Below, piece after piece: positions 40,504 to 55,234 of a stretch of DNA of 64,000 nt. Origin of the DNA: Octopus vulgaris (taxonomy: Eukaryota); contig OX597838.1 of NCBI GenBank assembly GCA_951406725.2, positions 15,872,001 to 15,936,000 of the forward strand. The letters are read 5' to 3'. The translations under genes were made by a program, and so were the position numbers. Every line of letters begins with the position of its first letter. The first letter of the stretch is position 1. The notes under the pieces were generated by a model that was not told the origin of the DNA, made no database searches, and saw only the letters and a program-made list of their open reading frames with translations.

Positions 40504-40709
40504 TATCTCCCGTACTTGCTAGAATATTCTGAATATAAATTCAGAATATTTAGGCTTCTATTTTGACTTAAAAGTTTATAGATAGTTATCACATTGTTTT
40601 ATTATGTTAAATACTGACATGTCTTCAAATTCGTCTCATAGTTAAGGTTTATTAAAAACATAACATTCGGAATACATATTATGATGAACTGAATTATATA
40701 ATAGATGAT

Positions 40710-41129
40710 ATTGGTTTCAAATTTTCGGCACAAGGCCAGATATTTGGGGGAGAGGTTAAGTCAATTACATCGACACCAGTACACAACTGGTACTTATTTT
40801 ATCGACACCGAAATGATGAAAGGTAAAGTCCACCTCGGTGGAATTTGAACTCAGAACGTAAAGACGGACGAAATACCTATTTCTTTACTACCCACAAGGG
40901 GCTAAACACAAAGAGGACAAACAAGGACAGACAAACGGATTAAGTCGATTATATCGACTCCAGTGCGTAACTGGTACTTGTTTAATCGACCCCGAAAGGA
41001 TGAAAGGCAAAGTCGACCTCGGCGGAATTTGAACTCAGAACGTAACGACAGACGAAATACGGCTACGCATTTCGCACGGCGTGCTAACGTTTCTGCCAGC
41101 TCGCCGCCTTAGCTAACGTTTCTGCCAGC

Positions 41130-41130
<1 letters not shown>
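40710..41130 (-). mobile_element. Dimeric SINE family B
   Basis: Two B-box/core units joined at GAAATAC|CTATTTCTTTAC. Confidence 0.88.
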
Positions 41131-41302
<172 letters not shown>

Positions 41303-41579
41303 CCATCCGCATATTTGTGTATATGTTGTATGTGTGTGTATGTACGTATATGCGAGGCGGCAAATTGGCAAAGGCATTAAAGTAAATGAGAGAATGCATG
41401 CGGCATTGGTTCCTGTTATCTACACTCCGAGTTCAAATCTCGCCGAAGGTTGGTATTGCCTGTCCTCCCTCAAGTACTTGGATTTCTTCTTCTTCTTCTT
41501 CGTCTTCTTCTTCTTCGTCTTCTTCTTCTTCGTCTTCTTCTTCTTCTTCTTCTTCATCATCATCATCATCATCATCATC

Positions 41580-41623
<44 letters not shown>

Positions 41624-42394
41624 CTCTCACTGTTTCTCCCGTTTCCTCTGAAAGAAATCGGTTATTGTCAAGACTGGAGAAGCAATGGCACCACCAGGGT
41701 TAGGTGCTCAAGACACATCCTTGTCATGATGGCGCCCTTTCGACTCCGAATGTAGCTAGGGGCGCAAAGCAAGACATAAATTTATACATCCAAACACGCG
41801 GATAGAATTAAAGAACGAAAGAACGAGAGAGAGAGAGAGGAAGAGAGAGAGAGGAAGGTAAAGAGAGAGGGGGAAAGAGAGGAAGAGAGAGAGAGGGGGA
41901 GAGAGAGAGACAGTGACAGACAAACAGACAGAGAGAGTCTCAGAGACAGAGAAATGTAGTTATAATATTATATTGACATATATTATGTTTGGCGGTGGCA
42001 TTCGTCGAGGTGACTTCTCTTCTCTATAGTTCTTTTCCTCTATCTCTCATTAGTTACTCTCTTTCTTTCTTGTTTTCTGTCGTACCTTCTTTATCTCCCC
42101 CTCCCCCCCGTGTCTTCGGTTGCATTCACCCATGAAGTGGATGCTTTGCCGGGCAATTTCACCGTGAAACGTTCAGTGTAATGAAGCGTGAAACCGCGAA
42201 ATGAGAAAGAAGACGGTCGAGGGTGGAGTAGAGAGATATTAATATATTTGTATCGTGGTGGTAATGGTGGTAGTGATGACGGTGGCGGTTGTTAGGGGTG
42301 GCGCTAGTGGTGATGGTAGTGGTGGTGGTGGTGGTTATTGTCGGCGTGGTGGTGTTTATGTGTCTATGTGAAAGTAACTATGTGATTGTGTGAG

Positions 42395-42439
<45 letters not shown>

Positions 42440-42751
42440 GTGTGTGCATGTTTGTGTGTGTGTGTTTGTGACGGTGTGCGCGTGTGTGTGTTTATGGAAT
42501 TGTGTCTGTGACAAGGTATGTGACTCGGTGATTGTGTGTGTATCTGATGGTGTATGCGTATAATTACGTGTTGTGTGTATATGGTGTATGCGTATAATTA
42601 TGTGTTTGCATACGTACGAGTTGGTATGTGAATGTGTGGTTGTATGCATGTGCACATGTTTGTGTTTAACCAAAAATCTATTAATGCATGCATGTATGTA
42701 TGTATGTATGTATGTATGTATGTATGTATGTATGTATGTATGTATATATAC

Positions 42752-42955
42752 AGGCTTTCTTCCAAGGAATCTAATGCGCTTGGCTTAGATTTTCCTTTGG
42801 GGCTGGCCAGATAGGAGCAATCTCAAGATTAATCAGCCGAAATTGCGAGGATGATCCGGTTCTTGACTGAAGATTGAAGGCTTCGAATGTCCCGTCTGTG
42901 TTTCTTGTATCGTCTTCTAAATGTTTTGCGTTCTTGTCCCAGTTTGTATTTTTTT
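42752..42955 (+). mobile_element. Dispersed repeat family D between (TATG)n and (TA)n
   Basis: Homologous to the 24270, 25432 and 55830 copies. Confidence 0.7.
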
Positions 42956-42969
42956 ACATATACATATAT

Positions 42970-43030
<61 letters not shown>

Positions 43031-43567
43031 GTGTGTGTGTGTGTGTGTTTGTGTATATATATATGTATTGGTGGTGGCGGTATTGGTGTTGGAGGTAGTG
43101 GTGGTGTAGGAGGCGGTGGTCATTGGATAGTAAAAGTTTTTTTTTATTGAACTAGGTTCTTTTATATCACCTATCACTTAACGCATGCGAATAAGTGCAA
43201 TTCCGTGAAATATTCACGCTTACTTACGTGGCAGATATATGCAATTTAACTGAAGGTTGTATCATATGCACGAGATATTTTTATTGTTTGTTTATGGGAA
43301 GAATAGAAAAAGAAGAAGGAATATTTATTTTATGAGTGCTGTGTATTAAGTTTACAAAATTGTGCTTAAAGTATATAAAGTGTACATGTATAAAGCGCAT
43401 TAAGTAATCTCGTATTCCAATTTCTTTCACTTTTCGATGAGTAGCAGATGAGCGACTATCTTTCCATACAGACACAAGACAGGTTACACTTTCAGGGTTT
43501 TTGGATAAGTTTTCAGAAATAAACCAATAGGTTTACCATTAATTCTATGAAATATTCACAGGTCCTG

Positions 43568-43758
43568 TGGCGACGAACTGGCAGAATCGTTAGCACGCTG
43601 GGCGAGATGCTTAGCGACATTTAGTCCGTCTTTACATTCTGAGTTCAAATTCCACCGAGGTCGACTTTTCCTTTCATCCTTTCGGGGTTGGCAAAATAAA
43701 TAGCAGGAGTCGAAGAAATCGACTAGCCCCTTTTCTCCCTTTGTACTTATAGTAGAAA
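43568..43758 (+). mobile_element. SINE family B, diverged
   Basis: GGCGACGAACTGGCAGAATCGTTAGC...GAGTTCAAATTCC. Confidence 0.85.
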
Positions 43759-44056
43759 TAAATATAAATATAAATGCGCCCTTTTAAAGCCTAGCCAGGC
43801 TCATGGGCCCAGTTTCCCGGTTTCTATGGTGTATGTGTTCCCCAGTTGGACGGGACGCCAGTCCATCGCAGCGTTACTCATTTTTGCCAGCTGAGTGGAC
43901 GTGAGCGACGTGAAATGAAGTGTTTTGCTCAAGAACACAACGCATCGCCCGGTCCAGGAATCGAAACCACAATCTTACGATCATGGTGCTCAGGAATCGA
44001 AACCACAATCTTACGATCATGATGCTGACACCCTAACCACTAAGCCACGCGCTTCC
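43759..44056 (-). mobile_element. SINE family C with 14-bp TSD and internal 36-bp duplication
   Basis: TSD ACTTATAGTAGAAA at 43745-43758 and 44057-44070; CAGGAATCGAAACCACAATCTTACGATCATG occurs twice. Confidence 0.9.
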
Positions 44057-44459
44057 ACTTATAGTAGAAAGGATTATCATTATTAAAGACGCATAGCTTC
44101 TCCACTTAATTTTGCGGATTTATTACACACAGACATAGCTGTACGTTTTTCTTTTACATTTTTTACTATCGTATTTTACTGCAACGTTACATATGCAGCT
44201 GCAGATATACTCAGCCCAAGTACATTCACCGTCAACAGCACTTGGTGCTCTACATGTCTCCTGAAACGCGTATCTTTGTTTATCGTGCGTGAACTCTCAG
44301 CAATAAACAATCAGCTGAACTAAATATTTGTTCCAAATTGATATATCTGTATGTTACTATCATGTTTTTTATCTCTTTTTTTTTGTGTGTCATTGATTTA
44401 TATATTTATCGCGTTTAATTTAAATGCTTTTTTTTATTTATATGTATAGATATCCTATC

Positions 44460-44531
<72 letters not shown>

Positions 44532-44552
44532 TATATATATATATATATATAC

Positions 44553-44633
<81 letters not shown>

Positions 44634-45825
44634 GTACATATACATATATATATGCATGTATATATACATATACACAAATACTCATACATATATACATATA
44701 TACATACATACGTACATACATACATACATGCATACATGCATACATGCATGCATACATACATACATACATACATACATACATACATACATACATACATACA
44801 TACATACATACATACATACATACATGCATGCATACATACATACGTCTCACCTGTTGTCTAGAGAGGAGTATCAGACGGAAAGGAAGGGGAAGATATTTAA
44901 AATTAAAATAAAAACAACGATACAAACCGGGGACGGAGGGCGTCAGGCAGGGAATCAATGTCGCACCTGTACTATATAATCAACATCATCCTCAACAACA
45001 CAACAACAACAACAGCAATATCAACACTATGTAAACAAAAGCCTTTCACACTGTCCTCCAGCTACCACCGTCTATTGTTGACGCCAAAGCCCTTCCTCTG
45101 AACCCCAATTATACTTCCTTGTTCTCTGACCCTTAAATTATGTGCCTGATAAATAGAAACACGCCCATTTCACCTTAATCCTTAGCAAATGCGAAATGAC
45201 GATTGTTGCTGTTGTTTAACCCTGGGTCAGCTCCAATCCAGCAGATGAGACCAATGATAAAAAAATGAACTAACAATGAATTTTCCATTGATTTCTTTTT
45301 TTTTTTTCAATACAAATTGAACCCAGAATTATTATACTCATAAGAAATGTGTCCTTCTGTTTTGGAAAACAGTTGGATGTAATTTAAGAGATATTTAACT
45401 GCTAGTGCTAACAAATCGAGTGACCACGTAGAGGGTCCCTAATTGGATTACTGTGTTCTTACACCGCTGTTGTTGGATTTGGCTGCAAGTATGTCTGTAT
45501 ATAAATGAATACGCGAGTTTATTAATCAATCGATCACTATCTATCTGGGAAAATATCTTATGGTAGTGGAATAGTATTTAACTGCTATTTCTAAATTTCA
45601 GTACATGGTGAATCAATTTTTCTGAACCCTAATTATAATTATGCTTATAATTATACAGTTTTTGTATCTGCACGCGCGGGCGCACGCACACACACACATA
45701 TACATACATATATATGGGTGTATGTATATATTTATACGTGTGTGAGTGTATGTGTGTGTGTGTGTGTCCAAACTAAAAGCATTATTAGTAATTCCATTTT
45801 AAAAATTGTCGAAATTCTTTGTGTA

Positions 45826-46039
45826 TTACTCTTTTTACTTGTTTCAGTCATTTGACTGCGGCCATGCTGGAGCACCGCCTTTAATCGAGCAACTCGACCC
45901 CGGGACTTATTCTTTGTAAGCCCAGTACTTATTCTATCGGTCTCTTTTTGCCGAACCGCTAAGTGACGGGGACATAAACACACCAGCATCGGTTGTCAAG
46001 CAATGCTAGGGGGACAAACACAGACACACAAACATACAT

Positions 46040-46123
<84 letters not shown>

Positions 46124-46300
46124 ATATATATATAATCGATGGGCTTCTTTCAGTTTCCGTCTACCAAATCCACTCACCAGGCTTTGGTCGGCCCGAGACT
46201 ATAGTAGAAGACACTTGCTCAAGGTGCCACGCAGTGGGACTGAACCCGGAACCATGTGGTTGGTAAGCAAGCAACTTACCGCACAGCCACTCCTGCGCCT
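45826..46300 (-). mobile_element. SINE family A, full length
   Basis: Homology to family A. Confidence 0.93.
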
Positions 46301-46666
46301 ATTGCACAAGTATATGCAATGTATTGTACATATATTTTAGCAAGAAAATCTTATATGGGCCCAACTAAGGGTCATATAGACCCCAGTTGAGAACCACGGG
46401 TGTAGAGAAAAAGAAATAGCAGAATAAACGTTCATCAGTATTTTGTGAGACAGAGTCCGGTAACAGAGATGTACGTGCTTCCGAACCTGTTGCTCTTTTC
46501 AATATTCAAATTGGTGATTATAATAATTTATAGCACATTTAATCTTTTTTTTTTTTCTTTGGCTTTTTGAACAAGTGTTTCTTTTTCTTCTTTTTTCATT
46601 TGTTTTCGCATTTTTATTAGCATTCGTGGTGATATTTTCTTTTTACCTATTAGAATGACTTGAATT

Positions 46667-46985
46667 GTGGAGGCGCAATGGCCCAGTGGTAAGGGCAGCG
46701 GACTCGCGGTCGGAGGATCGTGGTTTCGCTTCCCAGACCGGGCGTTGTGTATGTTCATTGAGCGTAAACACCTAATGCTCTACGAGGCATCGGCAGGGGG
46801 CGGTGGCGACCCCTGTTGTACTCTTTCGCCCCAACTTTCCCTGACTCTTTCTTCCTGTTTCTTGAGTAATGCTGCGATGGACTGGCGTCCCGTCCAGCTG
46901 GGGGGAACAATACGCCACAGAAACTGGGAAACCGGGCCCATGAGCCTGGCTAGGCTTGAAAAGGGCGTATAAATAAATAAACAAA
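46667..46985 (+). mobile_element. SINE family C-related, full length, 9-bp TSD
   Basis: tRNA-like head TGGCCCAGTGGTAAGGGCAGCGG...GGTTTCGCTTCCC; 3' end shared with the 43759 copy; TSD TGACTTGAA at 46656-46664 and 46987-46995. Confidence 0.88.
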
Positions 46986-47272
46986 TTGACTTGAAATAGT
47001 CACTTAATATTGCGTTGATAGTAAACCAGGTTCGAAAACCTGTCTCTACTGCCATGGGTCTCAGATTTCTTTCTTTTTTTTTTTTTCCTTTGGTCTGTTA
47101 ATTATGTTCACAATGTTGCCTTCATTGTATTTCCACCTCTTTCATTTTTTTCCGTCTTCTTCTTCTTCTTCTTCTTCTTCTTCTTCAGCGTTTATCTTCT
47201 CTGTTCTTGGTGCATATGTATGTATTCTTTGATTTATTTTTTTTCAATTTCTCACTATTATATTTTTCTTTC

Positions 47273-47317
<45 letters not shown>

Positions 47318-47757
47318 TTGGCGAAGACAGGGAGAAGTTCTTCACCTGAATTTGGCACCTAGCCTATCCTAGTTCAAAGTTTTTTTCTATTTTTGTAACT
47401 TTTCTGTTCGTGTGTTCTTTGTTATGTTTTTTATTTTGTTTCTTTTTCCGCTTTTGTTTTTATTTCCCTGTTTCTTTTTGCTTTAGTTTATTTAAATTTT
47501 TTTCCGCAGATTGAATGCATAAAACATGGTTGGTACCTTCCAGAGTAGCACTGCACCAAACCTCCAAGATATATGCCCTAGTCGACCTTTATCGTTGCAC
47601 TGTATATTTTTGCCAGAAATACTTATAAAAGACGAAATAAAAATGAAGAGACGAAGAATGTATGTGCGTATGTATATTAATACATTCTTACCGTATGTAC
47701 ACATACGTGTATGTATGTATTTACGCACACAGTAGGGAGAAATACATACATACATAT

Positions 47758-47808
<51 letters not shown>

Positions 47809-47871
47809 CATACATACATATATATATATATATATTATATATATATATATGTATATATATATGTATATATA

Positions 47872-48018
<147 letters not shown>

Positions 48019-48964
48019 GAGACACACACACACACACATATATAAATGTGTGTGTGTGTGTGTGTGTGAATAAAAAGAACATATCTTTTGACAGTTTAGC
48101 ATCTGACCTGAGTGACCTCTGGGTGTAATGAGTGCAACTTGTGATGTTTGTTTATCTTTTCTTTTATATTCTAAACAAATCCATTCATTATCTCTCTTGA
48201 AGATATTTATTTCCACTCACACATCCACTCACACCTCCACTCGCTCACTTTATCAGTCACTCGCGCATCACTCACACTCATCTTCGCACTCATGCATTCA
48301 CTCATTCCCAGGGCTGATCTTACTCATCATCAGTTACTCTCCTGGACACACTACACTATGTCTTATTCTCTATCTCTCTTTCTCTTTCTAACTTTTGTGG
48401 TGATATACATCACATAACCACACAGGTGGACGCACTCACCCATACACACGCACACGCATACACACCTCTGCACCCTTAATGCAATGCCCTGATAGTATCG
48501 ACGAGGTGCCATATATAACACGCCTAAACATTTGGGTCACAGGTAAAATATATATACGACAGGCTTTCTGACAACGTCCATCTACCCCAGGAGTCGGCGA
48601 ACCGGGGTAAATTGCTGGGGTAATGAGGACTCATTAGACGTAAGTAAAATTACATAAAAAACGTGTTCCTTGTTACGACAGAATTTTTCTTCTGGCAACA
48701 TTGCATCTGTCCAATGTAATGGACATGTAAATTAGATTCATATAAATAGATTCAATTAACCATTTGAATTTAAAGTATCTATAATTTTTTTCGTTTCAAA
48801 TCAAGAAGGTAACAACTGCGTAAATAAATATATTTTAGGGTAATTGGTTCAAAAAGTCCCCTGATTCCTGGTCTACTCAAATGGAACGATTCGAAGCTAT
48901 TGTTTAGAAAGGTGTTTGCCTTGCGGTGAAATCGAAACTAAAACGTCATGATTGTGAATGAATC

Positions 48965-49560
48965 TTTGAACCAGTTGTTGGAGTCTAAACATGAACAGCA
49001 ATAAACAGCTGTGGTAGTTAAGAAGCTCTGAATTACCGAGGTTAGTGTGCGATAGATGTGAGAGACAAGAAGTGTTGTAACCCTGAGGACAGCGCTTTCA
49101 GAGTGAGGTGGAGGAGTGAAGTGAGAGAGATGTTCTGCTTACTGAAAAGTTGTTGATGGTTCAAGGAGTTCGGAGAGCAGGAAAAAAGATCTGATGTATT
49201 AAAAGAAGTAGAACAAGGAACGGATACGTTGAGCGGGTCTGGGTGTAACTAGGAGTTTTTTTGGGTTTTTTTATGCTTATGGTGTCAAGGTGGAAGAGGT
49301 GAGTTGCAGGGGGAGTGAAATCTGAATGCATTAGACCCCCGCTACTTTTCGGATTTAAATTTGATTGTAGCTCTGATCACAGAAATGGACTATAGAATTG
49401 TCTAAAAGAGGAATACGTTTGCGCGTTAGTAAGAGGTGATAGGTAGGGTCTAGGTCGGATCTGGGTTCACGGATAGTAGAGAAGATAAGGGATAATTAAT
49501 TGCTTTCGTTTTTGTCTTTGTCATCTAAGGAAATATAGAAAGGGGAGAGGTGTAAATACG
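48965..49560 (-). mobile_element. Old retroelement remnant, probably Penelope-like (pre-RT region)
   Basis: Purine-rich plus-strand bias and decayed coding-like texture similar to 4880-5700; no clean motif recovered. Confidence 0.35.
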
Positions 49561-49829
49561 ATAAGCCACTATCGGCAGATTGGTCAAAAACAAATGCGAC
49601 AACATGAACTAAAAACACACAGGGGCCAGGTGGTGGCGTTAAACCAACTGGTGCGGTGTCTCTGCCACTTTCTTACCGAAGTTAGCGAAAGCAAAATCAA
49701 ATATTTATCTTTCATTAAGTGTGTTGACACTAACCGAACTGTTGTGGATCACATCGAAGATGTCATTAAATAATTTATTCTTTACTTATGTATTCGCAAA
49801 AAATGTGTTATTCTGTTGGTGACTACATA

Positions 49830-50302
49830 ATATTGGTTTCAAATTTTGGCACAAGGCCAGCAATTTCAGGGGAGGTGTAAGTTTGATTATATGGAAACCA
49901 TTACTCAACTGGTATTTATTTTATCGACCCCGAAAGTGATAAAAGGCAAAGTCGGCCTCGACGGATTTAAACGGAGGTAGAGACGAACGAAAATGCCGCT
50001 AAGCATTTTGCCCGGCGCAGTAACGATTTTGCCTGCTCGCCGCCTTCGCGGAGGAACTGTGTAATATTCTTTTCTACTCTAGGCACAAAGCCCGAAATTT
50101 TGGGGAAGGGGGCCAGTCAATTCGATCGACCACAGCGGAATTTGTACTTAGAACGTAAAGACAGACGAAATACCTATTTCTTTACCACCCACAAGGGGCT
50201 AAACACAGAGGACAAACAAGGACAGACAAACGGATTAAGTCGATTATATCAACCCCAGTGCGTAACTGGTACTTTATTTATCGACCCCGAAAAGATGAAA
50301 GG
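49830..50302 (-). mobile_element. SINE family B copy plus truncated dimeric B copy
   Basis: Family B homology; dimer junction at ~50168-50185. Confidence 0.85.
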
Positions 50303-50522
50303 GTTGTTTAAAGATGTTGAATGAAACACCCATGTTTCCAGAGGTAAATTATTCAGGCCACAAAGAATCCCTCTCAACATATGCCTATGATGCTCCCCCA
50401 CAACTTCTGCTCGTGATCAGAGATGCACATATCGTCAGCAACTAAGAGACATGCTCAACTGGTTAAGGTCAAACAACTGACAAGCAAATCTGTTGTATTG
50501 AGCAGAATATTTGCTGTAGACC

Positions 50523-50631
50523 TATTATTATTATTATTGTTGTTGTTGTTGTTGTTCAGGTTACTACTTGGAATCGAACTCGGAATCTTGGTGTTAGTTG
50601 CCCTCGCTCTTAACCACTACGCCATATGCCC
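50523..50631 (-). mobile_element. Short tRNA-derived retropseudogene or simple SINE with (CAA)n(TAA)n tail
   Basis: GGGCATATGGCGTAGTGGTTAAGAGCG...GAGTTCGATTCCAAG has A and B boxes but poor acceptor-stem pairing. Confidence 0.7.
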
Positions 50632-50899
50632 GTATGCATATGGAGGTTGTTGAGTAAGAATTTGCAGAAACCTCATCTATCGCCTACGACAGGAGAGTCT
50701 CTTCCAGTACATATAAAGTTAAACACACGACAGATTATGCCTCGTAGGTACCTTTTAAGATTCATGTCACGAATGTCATTTATCAGATCTTTTCTTTACT
50801 TTGCTAGCAATGAGATGAATAAGTCAGCAACGGCTCCAATAAATGTCTACCGTGAAATGAAGCAACAGTTATCTGTAGTTTGCACTGATATAAACACGT

Positions 50900-51316
50900 A
50901 GGCGCAGGCGCAGACGTAGCTGTGTAGTAAGAAGCTTGCTTCCCAACCACATGGTTCCGGGTTCAGTCCTACTGCGTGACACTTTGGACAGTTGTCTTGT
51001 AAAATAGCCTCAGGCTGACCAAAACCTTGTGAGTGGATTTGGTAGATGGAAACTGAGAGAAGCCCGTCGTATGCATATATATATACCTATCTATGTGTGT
51101 ATGAGTGTTTGCCTTTGTATTTGTGTTAGTCCTCCACCACCACTTGGACAACAGCTGTTGGTGCGTTTATGTCCCCTTAACGGGGACATAAAATTAATAC
51201 CAGGTTTAACAAAAATAAGTCCTGGGGTCGATTCATTTGACTAAAATTTCTTCAAGGAAGAGCCCCAGCATGGCTACAGTCTAATGACATACAAATAAAA
51301 TATAAAAACTAAAAGA
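50900..51316 (+). mobile_element. SINE family A, diverged
   Basis: Homology to family A. Confidence 0.85.
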
Positions 51317-51727
51317 TATAAATTACTCTACCTTTTTTATTTTGGGTTTTATATATATTTTTTAAATACATACTTCGTATAACCTGTAATTTATTTCAAT
51401 TTACAAACATATAATTTACTCTACGCTCTTGTATCGAATTCTGTACACTTTTTGATATACACTACATATAATCTATAATTTATATTGATTTATATGCACG
51501 TAAATTACTTCGCTATTTTTTCATCGGGTTCTAGTGTGTTTTCTAATTCGTGTAATTAAGAGTTATACGTTATAAGTTAAAGCCATATATCGTATTCTTC
51601 TGCAATATATAAATTTAAATACGTTAATGGTACAGTGACTATGCATTTGATCGACGAACTAGAAATGGCAACAGTTTTTAAAGGAGGAAAACATTAGGCA
51701 GCCTTAGTTTACACTAAAAAAGTTATA

Positions 51728-52052
51728 TTCTTTTCTACTCTAAATACAAAGTCCGGAATTTGGGGGGAGAGAGCCAGTCGATTAGATCGAACCCAGTATG
51801 CAACTGGTACTTAATTTATCGACCCCGAAAGGATGAAAGGCAAAGTCGACTTCGGCGGAATTTGAACTCAGAACATAAAGACAGATGAAATACCTATTTC
51901 TTTACAACCCAAAAGGGGCTAAATACAGAGGACAAACAAGGACAGACAAACGGATTAAGTCGATTATATCAACCCCAGTCCGCCTGAGGCTATAATAGAA
52001 GACACTTGCCAAGGTGCTATGTACTTGCGAAGCAAATTTCTTACCACACAGC
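51728..52052 (-). mobile_element. Truncated dimeric SINE B fused to a SINE A fragment
   Basis: B dimer junction at ~51887-51905; A-type GGCTATAATAGAAGACACTTGCC from ~51987. Confidence 0.8.
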
Positions 52053-52214
52053 CGGACAAACAGACAGACAAATGGACACATATATACAAGCACTCACTCA
52101 CTCACATACACATACACTTACACGCACGCATACACACACACATACACACATGCACCCCCCCACACACACAAAGATATTCATAAATACATTTTGATTAATA
52201 TATGTATGTTTGTC

Positions 52215-52267
<53 letters not shown>

Positions 52268-52384
52268 TTATCATCTAGGTTTATTAGCTCATATAATTAA
52301 TTTCAAAAGAACTTCAGAGCTCTTTGAAATATTCCTTTAATTTTTTTTTATGGCGATCGCGATAATGATGAAGGTGGATGGGTG

Positions 52385-52545
52385 TAGTGATTATTATTAT
52401 TATTATTATTGTTGTTGATGTTGTCGTTGTAGTAGTAGTAGTAGTAGTAGTAGTGTTGTGGCGGTGGTGGTGGTGGTGGTGTATGTTTTAGTGTTACTAG
52501 TGGTGTTGCTTTTGCTGATGTTCATTATTATAATTATTACGATTG

Positions 52546-52615
<70 letters not shown>

Positions 52616-52617
52616 CT

Positions 52618-52650
<33 letters not shown>

Positions 52651-52678
52651 GTTATTATTTTTTTTATTATTACTATTA

Positions 52679-52751
<73 letters not shown>

Positions 52752-53011
52752 CGCCGCGGTGATAATGATGATGGGTCTGAGTAAATGTCGAATTTCTATG
52801 TGGTGGGACGTGGTGGGGTGTGTTGTTTACGGATCGATTTCAATGAATGCCATCCAGATGTAGAACACGTGTACTCATGAATGTCCCAATTTTGTTATCT
52901 TCAGAGGGAGGAAAACGACGAAAGAATCACCGCCATCAAAACTACCGTCATCATCATCATCGCTGCGACCATCATCATCATCATCATCGTCGTCGTCGTC
53001 ATCACCATCGC

Positions 53012-53069
<58 letters not shown>

Positions 53070-53680
53070 TTCGTGATCTTTTTCGCCGTCGTCGTCGTCA
53101 TCATCAGAATCGTTATCACAATCACCTTCAGAATCAGCATCATTGTCACAGTCACAACCACCACCACCACCAACACCACCAACACCAACACCACCACCAC
53201 CACCGTCATCACCTTCATCATCATCATCATCGTCATCATCCCCACCACCTCTACTATCACATTCACCATTACAACCACCACCAACACCAACACCACCACC
53301 ACCAACACCACCACCACCACCACCACCACCACCACACCACCACCACCGCCACCACCACCACCACCGCCACCACCTTCATCATCATCATCATCGTCATCAT
53401 CCCCACCACCTCTACTATCACATTCACCATTACAACCACCACCACCACCAACACCACCAACACCACCACCACCACCACCAACACCAACACCACCACCACC
53501 ACCACCACTACCAACACCAACACCACCACCAACACCAACACCACCACCACCACCACCAACACCAACACCACCACCACCACCACCACAACCACCACTATCG
53601 TCATCATCACCGACATCACATTCAACACTACAAGCACTATTGCCGTCATCACCATCATCGACATCGTCGTCGTCGTCGTC
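52385..53680. repeat. (TAT)n/(TAG)n then (CAT)n/(CAC)n trinucleotide fields
   Basis: Direct sequence; source of poly-His, poly-Pro, poly-Thr and poly-Ile ORFs. Confidence 0.9.
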
Positions 53681-54042
53681 GCCACCCTCTTACCTATCTA
53701 CCCCCCCTCTCCCTTCAGCACTATCATTGGATGATGTGTGGTAATGACTGCCCTGGTTTCTCAACCACGTGCAAACCAGCCCTCCACACACCACCCCCAA
53801 CGGTCATATGTATTGGACGTTTTGTGGAAGCTCATTAGAAATGTCACGTGTATAGGAGTGTATGTATGTATATATATATATGTATAGGTATGAATATGTG
53901 TATTTGTGTGTATGTGTACGAGAGTGTGTACCTACGTGAAGCTCTCTTTGTGGCTGTATTTGTGTGCGTCCATGTGTGTGTTTACGTGTGTATGCTCATG
54001 CACCGTAGTATATCACTGTATGTGTGCATGAGTATAAGTATC

Positions 54043-54105
<63 letters not shown>

Positions 54106-54282
54106 TTTTGTGTGTGTGTGTGTGTGTGTGTGTTTCTGTAGCGTGTAGTAGGGTCCCCACCTGATGCCCTATCTTCAAAACATTAGGGACGCGCAGCCAC
54201 CCATTTCCATCCTCCGTTGAATACTGTGAACGATGGTTACATCGAAATCCAGCGCACGCACGCACACACACGCACTCTCACG

Positions 54283-54327
<45 letters not shown>

Positions 54328-54495
54328 ATGCACACACACACGCGTACACACACTCACGCACACACACACACAAATAGATACATTTCAAAAAAGGTCTTTC
54401 ACTGGGTCTGATTTCTGGTTTGAACGCCTGGTAGCTTTTATTTACAAATTCTTACACGTATACGTATGTATCCAAGTGTGTGTGTGTGTGTATGT

Positions 54496-54542
<47 letters not shown>

Positions 54543-54761
54543 TACGTATCTATGTTTGGTTATATCTGCCAATCTGACACTTTCTCTCTCTCTCTATCTC
54601 CCTCTCTCTCTTTCTGTATATATCTATATATACATACGTAATTTAGAAAGTTCGAAACCTAGATCCGAGATCATCCAAATCTAGGTGGTACAATTACTTA
54701 GTGTTCTTACAGGTAAAATGAAATTTTTTATGTTCGCCGCCCGCAAACATCTTATCCAGTA

Positions 54762-54982
54762 TACTCTTTTACTCTTTTACTTGTTTCAGTCATTTGACTG
54801 CGGCCATGTTGGAGCACCGCCTTTAATCGAGCAAATCGACCCCGGGACTTGTTCTTTTGTAAGCCCAGTACTTATTCTATCGGTCTCTTTTGCCGAACCG
54901 CTAAGTAACGGGGACATAAACACACCAGCATCGGTTGTCAACCAATGCTAGGGGGACAAACACAGACACACAAGCACACACA

Positions 54983-55019
<37 letters not shown>

Positions 55020-55179
55020 GACGGGCTTCTTTCAGTTTCCGTCTACCAAATCCACTCACAAGGCTTTGGTCGGCCCGAGGCTATAGTAGAAGACACTTGC
55101 CCAAGGTGCCACGCAGTGGGACTGAACCCGGAACCATGTGGTTGGTAAACAAGCTACTTACCACACAGCCACTCCTGCG

Positions 55180-55182
<3 letters not shown>
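54762..55182 (-). mobile_element. SINE family A, full length
   Basis: Homology to family A. Confidence 0.93.

Positions 55183-55230
<48 letters not shown>

Positions 55231-55234
<4 letters not shown>

Noticed and set aside
41627-41756. Possible minus-strand exon in a GC-richer island
   Set aside because: Splice-like ends are present but all three frames contain stops and no peptide is recognisable.
50555-50631. Functional tRNA gene
   Set aside because: A and B boxes are present but acceptor and anticodon stems pair poorly and a simple-repeat tail follows; treated as a retroposed derivative.
52847-53838. His/Pro/Thr-rich ORFs resembling extensin or histidine-rich proteins
   Set aside because: Three overlapping frames are all open because of CAC/CAT repeats.
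54160-54222. Possible 63-bp minus-strand exon (YSTEDGNGWLRVPNVLKIGHQ)
   Set aside because: Weak acceptor and donor, unrecognised peptide and no partner exons; needs RNA-seq.
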